Shown piece after piece: positions 39,138 to 46,147 of a stretch of DNA of 64,000 bases. Below the pieces are notes generated by a model. The model saw only the letters and a list, made by a program, of their open reading frames with translations. It was not told where the DNA came from and did not search any database. The stretch comes from Oscillospiraceae bacterium. GTDB lineage: Bacteria; Bacillota; Clostridia; Oscillospirales; CAG-382. Positions within the stretch are counted from its first letter, which is position 1, and every line of letters begins with the position of its first letter. A program made the position numbers and the translations under genes. Where the stretch lies: the NCBI GenBank assembly GCA_015064625.1, contig SVRW01000001.1, positions 132,884 through 196,883 on the forward strand. Direction: 5' to 3'.

Positions 39138-40027
39138 ATGTTTGCACCCCATGAATTCAAATGGAGATCACAGCCAAAATATCCGCATAGATTCATTGGA
39201 GCAAAAACCAACTCATCAAAATAATTTTTGATGGTTGCTTTTCTTTTTTCCTGACACCGATAAAGGGTTTGAACTTCTTTAAAAAGACGTTTTTGATTGT
39301 AAGTCTCACAACACTCTAACTTCTTTTTAATAATTAAATTTACTCTCTCCGACTCATGTTGTTTGCAAAAAGCTTCAATTAGAATCGCCCACTCTCCATA
39401 TGATAATGACCATTCTTCATTCAAGCGTTCTTCTATTTCGATAATGCTTGAATACTTTTCGCATAAATAATAAAATATCACTCTATCTAATAAGTCCATT
39501 CGAGAAATTTGTTCATTGTATTGATTAGCGTTTAACCCTAAAATCAAACTCTTTTTGTCATACATCGCCATAGAAACGAAAAAAGGAAATATCATTTCGT
39601 TAGAAAGAGATTTGATATTTCTAAAAAGATAAAAGGCATTTTTATATTTTTTTTGCATAAACAACGAAATTGCACGATCGTAAAGAATATAGTCATTCGA
39701 AAGCAGTGAATAACAGGAGGAATAAAACTCATACGATTCATTATACTTTCGTTCATTAAAAAACACCTCACCCAAATTCATAAAAACAATTGCATTTTTT
39801 TGAAAAATTGATGCCTTTAATAAGTATCTCTTACCTAATGATTCCGCACACATTTCTTTTCCGCTTTTTGTTACGATTCCGTGTTGATATAAGAAAAGAC
39901 CTAAATTATTATAAGTTTGAAAGCATGGATTGGTGTTTTTATTGAGATAAAATAATTCTTGAGCAGTTTCAAATTCACCATTCAATAGCGCGCTCATTGC
40001 ACGCTTGTTTAATATTTCAGAATTCAA
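39134..40027 (-). CDS. hypothetical protein with TPR-like helical repeats
   Basis: The ORF is 297 aa. It starts at a TTG preceded by AAGGTAAACCA. Repeated amphipathic helix pairs (e.g. AIVFMNLGEVFFNERKYNESYEFYSSCY) suggest TPR-like repeats. I recognise no family. Confidence 0.55.
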   Translation of the reverse strand: MNSEILNKRAMSALLNGEFETAQELFYLNKNTNPCFQTYNNLGLFLYQHGIVTKSGKEMCAESLGKRYLLKASIFQKNAIVFMNLGEVFFNERKYNESYEFYSSCYSLLSNDYILYDRAISLFMQKKYKNAFYLFRNIKSLSNEMIFPFFVSMAMYDKKSLILGLNANQYNEQISRMDLLDRVIFYYLCEKYSSIIEIEERLNEEWSLSYGEWAILIEAFCKQHESERVNLIIKKKLECCETYNQKRLFKEVQTLYRCQEKRKATIKNYFDELVFAPMNLCGYFGCDLHLNSWGANI

Positions 40028-40114
40028 TGGTTTACCTTGATATTTTATTTTAAAAATTTAATATATTTCGGAATATTCAAAATATAGATATTTCATTAAA
40101 TGACAGGGCATAAA

Positions 40115-40291
40115 TGACAGAGGACGGTTCTGTGTCCGAAACTGAATTGTCCGAAAGTGTATTTATAAACGGCTTAAACTCGCGTTTATAGCAATTTAGA
40201 ACATGTTTTCAAACAACAGTTCGTCCACTGAATTTGCTATTCTTTTGTGAATTTTATGAGTTGAAATCTGACAGAGAACCGTCCCCTGTCA
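40115..40291. mobile_element. A-type element, copy 1: 177 bp with 22-bp terminal inverted repeats (MITE-like or invertible-switch-like)
   Basis: The left IR is TGACAGAGGACGGTTCTGTGTC (40115-40136). The right IR is GACAGAGAACCGTCCCCTGTCA (40270-40291). They are complementary at 20/22 positions. This copy differs at 9/177 positions from the copy at 40880..41056. It contains TTGAAA-N16-TGcTATAAA on the minus strand (40212-40185). Confidence 0.75.
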
Positions 40292-40366
40292 GATGGAGAT
40301 GACAGAGAACCGTCCCCTGTCAGATGGAGAGAACCGTCCCCTGTCAGATGGAGTCCCCTGTCAGAT
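40269..40366. repeat. nested, progressively 5'-truncated tandem repeats of the right-IR motif
   Basis: The array reads TGACAGAGAACCGTCCCCTGTCAGATGGAG (40269-40298), a, the same 30-mer (40300-40329), AGAACCGTCCCCTGTCAGATGGAG (40330-40353), then TCCCCTGTCAGAT (40354-40366). The TCCCCTGTCAGAT cores start at 40282, 40313, 40337 and 40354, giving spacings of 31, 24 and 17 nt. Confidence 0.9.
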
Positions 40367-40406
40367 TTGATAGGAGCACATATTCCTATAGCAGACCGGT
40401 GATTAC

Positions 40407-40802
40407 TCATCTTCCAAGGTTTAAATATCTTGCAATTTTAAAAACACTTTTGTAAAGAAAAATATCAAACGTGGGACCACTCGAGGAGAATTTGTGTCCG
40501 TTGTCGCCAATTAAATCGGCGTAATAATATCTTTCTGTAGTAGAGCGCTTTATTTCAAAACTATAACCATTGTTTTCGATGTAGTTGAGTAAATCTATTT
40601 CCGTTGCCAACCTGCTTCCTTTTGCAGAAACTTTTTGGTCTAATTCAGTAAATTTGCCATATTCAGGGTCATCTATTCCACCAATTATATAATTTTTTCC
40701 ATTGTAAAAATACACGCACCCAGTGTAACAGAGATGTTCATCTTCACCGAAGTTAAACCCGGCTTTTCGTAATTTTTCCATTGTGAATATACTTAAATAC
40801 AT
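40407..40802 (-). CDS. hypothetical protein (ORFan, soluble)
   Basis: The ORF is 131 aa. Its ATG is preceded by GAGGAA at 8-nt spacing. I recognise no motif. Confidence 0.55.
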   Translation of the reverse strand: MYLSIFTMEKLRKAGFNFGEDEHLCYTGCVYFYNGKNYIIGGIDDPEYGKFTELDQKVSAKGSRLATEIDLLNYIENNGYSFEIKRSTTERYYYADLIGDNGHKFSSSGPTFDIFLYKSVFKIARYLNLGR

Positions 40803-40879
40803 ACGTGCTTTTCCTCAAATTTTTAATATCAATCTAACGGGTCCTTTATGTTTTCCTGTGATAAAGTTTCCGGGTCAAA

Positions 40880-41056
40880 TGACAGGGGACGGTTCTGTGT
40901 CTGAAACTGAATTGTCCGAAAGTGTATTTATAAACAGCTCAAACTCGCTTTTAAAGCAATTTAGAACATATTTTCAAACAACAGTTCGTCCCCTGAATTT
41001 GCTATTCTTTTGTTAATTTTATGAGTTGAAATCTGACAGAGAACCGTCCCCTGTCA
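40880..41056. mobile_element. A-type element, copy 2: 177 bp with 22-bp terminal inverted repeats
   Basis: The left IR is TGACAGGGGACGGTTCTGTGTC (40880-40901). The right IR is GACAGAGAACCGTCCCCTGTCA (41035-41056). They are complementary at 21/22 positions. The internal motif TTGAAA-N16-TGcTTTAAA lies on the minus strand (40977-40950). Confidence 0.75.
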
Positions 41057-41077
41057 GAGCGTTCATGAGTTGAAATC

Positions 41078-41251
41078 TGAAAAGAATTGCCGCAATAGTC
41101 GGGGAAAAAATGTCCCCAACTATCGCGTTTTCATCTATTTTCCGTCTTTTTGAAAATGTGAAATCAATTTTGGCAAAATCCAACGCACAGAGAGACAAAT
41201 TATCGGCTTAAAACCTCACTTTTTCAGCGGTTTCGGACCGTCCCCTGTCAG
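41078..41251. repeat. B-type repeat, copy 2 (174 bp)
   Basis: The repeat begins TGAAAAGAATTGCCG and ends CTTAAAACCTCACTTTTTCAGCGGTTTCGGACCGTCCCCTGTCAG. It lies 11 nt downstream of the stop of ORF 41263..41538. Confidence 0.8.
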
Positions 41252-41262
41252 CTGGGTCACTG

Positions 41263-41538
41263 TCAAAACGGTAAAAGATGATTTCCTGATATAATAGTAC
41301 ATGTTAACCAAATAAAGCTAAAAATGTACGCGCCATCAATCCAATTTAGAGAAGCACAAGCCACAGTAAACAGTAGAGAAACGGTTCCTATGATAGCGTT
41401 TGTTATATACATTTTCTTGTTTTTACGCAATCTTTCTGTTAAATTATATTTTGGATCTAAATACTTGCGAAATAATATTAAGAAGCCTATGCATGCAGCT
41501 CCAAAAATGTATTCGCACTTTAAGAAATCGTTGAGCAT
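41263..41538 (-). CDS. hypothetical small membrane protein (3 TM)
   Basis: The ORF is 91 aa with three hydrophobic helices and a weak RBS (AGGT, 8 nt). I recognise no family. Confidence 0.45.
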   Translation of the reverse strand: MLNDFLKCEYIFGAACIGFLILFRKYLDPKYNLTERLRKNKKMYITNAIIGTVSLLFTVACASLNWIDGAYIFSFIWLTCTIISGNHLLPF

Positions 41539-41578
41539 GTAAAATTACCTGTTTTCCTCAAAGAACAATATATAATCA

Positions 41579-41607
41579 GGGAGACATGGGACGGTTCTAT
41601 GTCTCCC
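41579..41607. repeat. stand-alone hairpin carrying the island's conserved 11-nt loop
   Basis: The hairpin is GGGAGACAT-GGGACGGTTCT-ATGTCTCCC, with a perfect 9-bp stem. Its loop is the reverse complement of the AGAACCGTCCC loop in the A-element right IRs. Confidence 0.85.
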
Positions 41608-41653
41608 TTCCCTGCATGAAGATACTCCTTTAACCACCTTGAATATGAATAAA

Positions 41654-42088
41654 TTATTTTTCAACTTCCTTTAAACTTGAAACAAAAAGTTCACCGTAAT
41701 TGTTCTTTGAGAAGATTAACTCATAAGGAATTTCATTTATTTCAAATTCAAAATATATTTCTTCAAGCTCCAAAACAAAACTTTCTATTGTTTCGGGAGC
41801 TTTTGCCCAAAATGAATCGTACGTCCTTTCCAAAAATCCTTTGTCACTGTTTGGCTTGTAAGAGATTGTATCGTAAAATTCAACAAAAAAATTATTACCA
41901 TGCTTATTGATTATTTCAGCGTTGGATTTTATATATTCTTCAGCTTTTATCTGATAAACTTCAAGATATTCTCTCTCTTTTGTCATTATTTCTGAACTTC
42001 TGTTCACTGTGAATATAACGAACGCACTCATTATTCCAAACGCCAAAACGCATGCAACTACAAAAATGATAACTTTCTTATTTTTCAT
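41654..42088 (-). CDS. hypothetical membrane-anchored protein
   Basis: The ORF is 144 aa. It has an N-terminal signal-anchor (VIIFVVACVLAFGIMSAFVIF) and a good RBS (AGGTAGTG). I recognise no family. Confidence 0.55.
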   Translation of the reverse strand: MKNKKVIIFVVACVLAFGIMSAFVIFTVNRSSEIMTKEREYLEVYQIKAEEYIKSNAEIINKHGNNFFVEFYDTISYKPNSDKGFLERTYDSFWAKAPETIESFVLELEEIYFEFEINEIPYELIFSKNNYGELFVSSLKEVEK

Positions 42089-42248
42089 AATATCACTACC
42101 TTTCTTAATTAGGGAGATAAAGAAGACGGTCGTCTTTTTCCTTAATCACTGACTTTTTAAATCACTGTTTTAAACATGATTATTTAAGCTATTAATATCC
42201 TTGTAATACGATTCAGTCATCTTATTGATACACCTTTGTTACAAATAC

Positions 42249-42277
42249 ATTATACTCGAACAAATCAAAAAAGTCAA
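42249..42277 (-). promoter_or_regulatory. sigma-A promoter at the head of the ORFan island (copy 2 of the duplicated promoter module)
   Basis: On the minus strand this reads TTGACT (42277-42272), a 17-nt spacer, then TATAAT (42254-42249). It shares a 23-nt identical block, AAATCAAAAAAGTCAATACTTTG on the plus strand, with 38821-38843. Confidence 0.65.
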
Positions 42278-42308
42278 TACTTTGGCAGTTAAATACACTT
42301 TACATAAA

Positions 42309-42347
42309 ATCCCCGACATGAATTTACTAAAAAATCACATCGGGGAT
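42309..42347 (-). terminator. intrinsic terminator after the NuoE/NuoF/GltD-fusion operon
   Basis: On the minus strand the sequence is ATCCCCGATGTG-(15 nt)-CATGTCGGGGAT, a 12-bp stem including two G.U pairs. TTTTATG follows. Confidence 0.65.
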
Positions 42348-42361
42348 AATTTACAAAATGA

Positions 42362-44389
42362 TTATTCGTTTATAAACTTCAAAGCACCTGTAGGACAAGC
42401 GTCTACGCACTTATGGCAGTCCTTACAATAAGTGATAACACCTTGGTCTTTGAATTCGGGTTTAATAACAGTTTTGAAGCCTCTGCCAACAAGACCGAGT
42501 ATTCCTTTTCCTACGACCTCGTCACAAACTCTTACGCAAAGCCCGCAGAGAATACATTTACCCTGATTACGTTCAATGCTTACCAGCTTTCTTTCGGTTT
42601 CATGCAAATGCTTTTCACCGCTGAATTTGGAAGGATTAAGTTTATATCTGTTTGCATGTCTAATAAGACGGCAGTTCTTGTATTCATGGCATCCGCATTC
42701 GAGACAGCGTTTAGCTTCTTCAATTGCAGTTTCATCTGAGAATCCGAGATTTACCTCTTTGAAATCGTTCTTGCGTTCCTCAGCAGGACGGCAAGGCATA
42801 ACTGCACGAGGCAATACTTCACGGTCAGCAAACATTTCCTTTGTTACTGTTCTTTCAGAAACGTAAGGAGCAACGTAAGGAACAACGTCTCCATTCAGGA
42901 AAGAATCAACAACGTCAGCAGCTTTATTTGCTTCGCCAATTGCGGCAATAGCTATAGATGCACCTTTATTTGTTGCATCGCCAACTGCGAACACCTTAGG
43001 ATTGTTAGTTCTGAAGGTATACTCATCGGCAACGATAATTCCCTTTTTGTTAAGTTCAAGCCCTTCAAAGCCTGCAACGTTAACCTTCTGACCTATTGCG
43101 GAAATAACCGTATCAACGTCGAGAATTTCGAATTTTCCTTCAACGGGAACAGGAGATCTTCTTCCGCTCGCATCAGGCTCGCCAAGCTCCATAACCTGAA
43201 GCTTAACCTGTTTTGCTTTACCGTTTTCACCAATAATTTCAGCAGGATTAGTAAGGAATTTAAAGGTAACGCCTTCTTCCTTTGCCTCTGCAATTTCTAT
43301 TTTTTCAGCAGGCATTTCTTTTTCCGTACGTCTGTAAATAACGTATACGTTTTCAGCGCCGAGTCTTACAGCAGTACGGCAAGCGTCCATAGCTGTATTA
43401 CCGCCGCCAACAACGGCAACGTTCTTACCAATATTGGTTTCTTCACCAAGGCTTACTTTTCTGAGGAAATCAATACCGCCCCAAACGCCTTCAAGATCTT
43501 CGCCTACGCATCCAACGCCCATGCTTTTCCAAGCACCGATAGCAACGATAACAGCGTCAAACTTTTGGCAGAATTCTTCGAATGAAGCATCCTTGCCGAT
43601 TTTGAAATTGTTTTTCATTTCAACGCCAATAGACGCGATTTCTTCAATTTCTTTATCAAGAATTGCTTTTGGAAGTCTGTATTCGGGAATACCGTATCTG
43701 AGCATACCGCCCATTTTAGGCATTGCATCAAAAACAGTTACAGAATGTCCCTTTGATGCAAGGTAATAAGCAGATGTCAAACCAGCAGGACCACCGCCGA
43801 TAATACCAACAGTTTTGCCAGTTGAAGGAGCTTTGGTTGCAACAACGTGTTTTCCTTCATTATGTACCTTATCTGCGGCATAATATTTGAGGAATGCTAT
43901 AGAAATAGGCTCTTCAACGTTTGTTCTTCTACAAGCTTTCTCACAAGGATGAGGACAAACACGTCCAATTGAAGCAGGAAGAGGAAGCTTTTCCTTAATT
44001 ATTTCAACAGCACCAAATGCATCGCCTTCTGCAATTTTCTTAACGTACCCCTGACAATCAGTTCCCGCAGGACAGTTAAGAGAGCAAGGTCCTTTACAAT
44101 CACCATCGTGATCACTCATAAGAAGCTCAAGAGCAGTTTTTCTTGCCCTTATAACTCTTTCAGATTCCGTATTTATAATCTGTCCATCCATAGCAACTGT
44201 TGAACAAGCACGCATAAGCTTGGGCATTTTTTCAGCTTCAACCAAGCAGATTCCGCAAGCACCGTATTTTTTCACGCTGCTATGATGACATAAAGTTGGT
44301 ATTTCTATTCCGTTTGCACTTGCTATTTCAAGAATCGTTTTTCCTTCTTCTGCAACGCAAACTTTTCCGTTGATCGTAACAGTTATCAT
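42362..44389 (-). CDS. GltD-like NAD(P)H flavoprotein fused to NuoG-type [2Fe-2S]/[4Fe-4S] domains (BfuA-like subunit, no H-cluster)
   Basis: The N-terminal [2Fe-2S] ferredoxin is TINGKVC...TLCHH...CGICLVE...C. The GltD block is PASIGRVCPHPCEKACRR..VGIIGGGPAGLTSAYYLA..GMLRYGIPEYRLPK..GGGNTAMD. The C-terminal Cys clusters are CILCGLCVRVC and CKDCHKCVDACP. Confidence 0.75.
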   Translation of the reverse strand: MITVTINGKVCVAEEGKTILEIASANGIEIPTLCHHSSVKKYGACGICLVEAEKMPKLMRACSTVAMDGQIINTESERVIRARKTALELLMSDHDGDCKGPCSLNCPAGTDCQGYVKKIAEGDAFGAVEIIKEKLPLPASIGRVCPHPCEKACRRTNVEEPISIAFLKYYAADKVHNEGKHVVATKAPSTGKTVGIIGGGPAGLTSAYYLASKGHSVTVFDAMPKMGGMLRYGIPEYRLPKAILDKEIEEIASIGVEMKNNFKIGKDASFEEFCQKFDAVIVAIGAWKSMGVGCVGEDLEGVWGGIDFLRKVSLGEETNIGKNVAVVGGGNTAMDACRTAVRLGAENVYVIYRRTEKEMPAEKIEIAEAKEEGVTFKFLTNPAEIIGENGKAKQVKLQVMELGEPDASGRRSPVPVEGKFEILDVDTVISAIGQKVNVAGFEGLELNKKGIIVADEYTFRTNNPKVFAVGDATNKGASIAIAAIGEANKAADVVDSFLNGDVVPYVAPYVSERTVTKEMFADREVLPRAVMPCRPAEERKNDFKEVNLGFSDETAIEEAKRCLECGCHEYKNCRLIRHANRYKLNPSKFSGEKHLHETERKLVSIERNQGKCILCGLCVRVCDEVVGKGILGLVGRGFKTVIKPEFKDQGVITYCKDCHKCVDACPTGALKFINE

Positions 44390-44401
44390 ACTGTTCCCCC
44401 C

Positions 44402-46147
44402 TTACTCAACAAAAACCGCACCAAAACGGCAAACAGTTTTACAATTTCCGCATTTGATACATTTTTCGTTGTCTATAACCTGAGGATTTTTCTTCTCCCC
44501 TGAAATTGCCTTAACAGGACATTTAATAGCGCACAAAGTACATCCCGTGCATTTTTCTGCATCAATCCTATATGAAAGAAGATCAGAACAAGCCTTTGCG
44601 GGACATTTTTTGTCATTAATATGAGCTTCATATTCATTTCTGAAATATTTGATAGTTGTAAGAACAGGGTTAGGAGCTGTTTGTCCCAAACCGCAAAGCG
44701 CACCGTCTTTAATTGATACGCAAAGTTCTTCAAGAAGCTCTATATCGCCCTCTTTTCCTTCACCTGCAACAATACGGGTAAGAATTTCATACATACGTTT
44801 CGTACCCAATCTGCAATGAACGCATTTTCCGCAGGATTCCTTCGTTGTGAAATCAAGGAAAAATTTAGCCATATTTACCATGCAGGTACTGTCGTCCATA
44901 ACAACCATACCGCCTGAACCCATAATGGCACCAGTTGCACCGAGAGCTTTATAATCGATTATAGTATCAAAAAGTTCAAAAGGAATACAACCGCCTGAAG
45001 GACCGCCCATCTGAACAGCCTTACAAGGTCTGTCGTTCTTTATTCCTCCACCAATTCCGAATATAACGTCACGGAGCGTTTTACCCATAGGAACTTCTAC
45101 AAGACCGCCACGTTTGATTTTACCCGTAAGAGCAAAAACCTTTGTTCCTTTGCTGTTTTCCGTTCCCATAGCAGAAAAAGCAGAACCGCCGTTAAGCAGT
45201 ATCCAAGGAACGTTTGCAAAGGTTTCAACGTTATTTATATTGGATGGCTTATCATCATATCCACGCTGTGCAGGGAATGGAGGTTTAAGACGGGGCATAC
45301 CGCGTTTTCCCTCAAGAGATTCAATTAAAGCGGTTTCTTCACCGCAAACAAAAGCACCTGCACCTGCTTTATAGGAAATATTACATGAAAATCCGCTTCC
45401 AAGAATTTTCTCTCCAACAAAGCCAGCCTCTTTAGCTTGCTTTATAGCTTCATCAAGACGTTTTATAGCAAGAGGATATTCAGCTCTTACGTAAACAACA
45501 GCTTCAGAAGCTCCAATAGCATATGCACCGATAAGCATACCTTCGATAAGGTTATGAGGATCGCTTTCGATTACAGCTCTATCCATAAATGCACCAGGAT
45601 CTCCCTCGTCAGCATTACAGATAAGATATTTCTGTTCGCCCTTTGAGCTTCTTGCCGCATTCCATTTGAACCACGTTGGGAAGCCTGCACCGCCTCTGCC
45701 TGCAAGACCAGAAACTTTGATTTCTTCAATAACGTCTTCGGGAGTCATGGAAGAAAGCACCTTTTTAATTGCACTGTATCCGTCTGCATTGATGTATGCA
45801 TTGATATCATTAGGATCGATTATTCCGCAATGACGGAGAGCAATTCTTGTTTGCTGGCTCAAAAAAGAGCTATCTTCTTCAGAAATAAACAAATTGGAAA
45901 CTGTGCTGAAATCTCCGCTGGAAGCTGCTTTGGCAATTGCTTCACCGTCTTTTTCAGATACTTTTACAAGTCTATGTACAAGTTCGTTTCCATCATAAAC
46001 GTCAACGATAGGTTCAAGATAGCACATTCCAATACATCCCGAAATACCCATCTCAAATTTACCGTCATTATACTTTGATATGGAATCATATACCTTGGAA
46101 GCTCCTGCAGCAATACCGCAGCTTCCCTGTCCTACAACAAGCTTCAT
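44402..46147 (-). CDS. NuoF/HydB-like NADH-binding FMN iron-sulfur flavoprotein
   Basis: The ORF has GLAGRGGAGFPTWFKW, the FMN/NADH loops CNADEGDPGAFMDR, the SLBB and N3 cluster ESCGKCVHCR, and two C-terminal ferredoxin CxxCxxCxxxCP motifs. Confidence 0.85.
   Translation of the reverse strand: MKLVVGQGSCGIAAGASKVYDSISKYNDGKFEMGISGCIGMCYLEPIVDVYDGNELVHRLVKVSEKDGEAIAKAASSGDFSTVSNLFISEEDSSFLSQQTRIALRHCGIIDPNDINAYINADGYSAIKKVLSSMTPEDVIEEIKVSGLAGRGGAGFPTWFKWNAARSSKGEQKYLICNADEGDPGAFMDRAVIESDPHNLIEGMLIGAYAIGASEAVVYVRAEYPLAIKRLDEAIKQAKEAGFVGEKILGSGFSCNISYKAGAGAFVCGEETALIESLEGKRGMPRLKPPFPAQRGYDDKPSNINNVETFANVPWILLNGGSAFSAMGTENSKGTKVFALTGKIKRGGLVEVPMGKTLRDVIFGIGGGIKNDRPCKAVQMGGPSGGCIPFELFDTIIDYKALGATGAIMGSGGMVVMDDSTCMVNMAKFFLDFTTKESCGKCVHCRLGTKRMYEILTRIVAGEGKEGDIELLEELCVSIKDGALCGLGQTAPNPVLTTIKYFRNEYEAHINDKKCPAKACSDLLSYRIDAEKCTGCTLCAIKCPVKAISGEKKNPQVIDNEKCIKCGNCKTVCRFGAVFVE

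Noticed and set aside
40269-40366. Tandem repeats of about 30 nt that at first glance look like a small CRISPR array
   Set aside because: The repeats are directly abutting with no spacers. Unit length shrinks (30/30/24/13 nt), and no cas genes or leader are present. They are copies of the A-element inverted repeat.
40113-41016. Small peptide ORFs starting at the ATG that overlaps the left IR of each A element (MT(E/G)DGSVSETELSESVFIN...; the track ORF 40783..41016 runs through copy 2)
   Set aside because: No RBS precedes either ATG. The two copies terminate at different points (25 vs 45 codons) because of a single substitution. The track ORF merely reads through the repeat from unrelated upstream sequence. 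This is most likely non-coding.
38964-41251. Integron-like cassette array with attC sites (CALIN)
   Set aside because: The repeat ends do not match the attC R''/R' cores (RYYYAAC / GTTRRRY). The repeats are 174-177 bp with conserved primary sequence rather than conserved structure only. No intI is visible. I keep only the loose cassette-like description.
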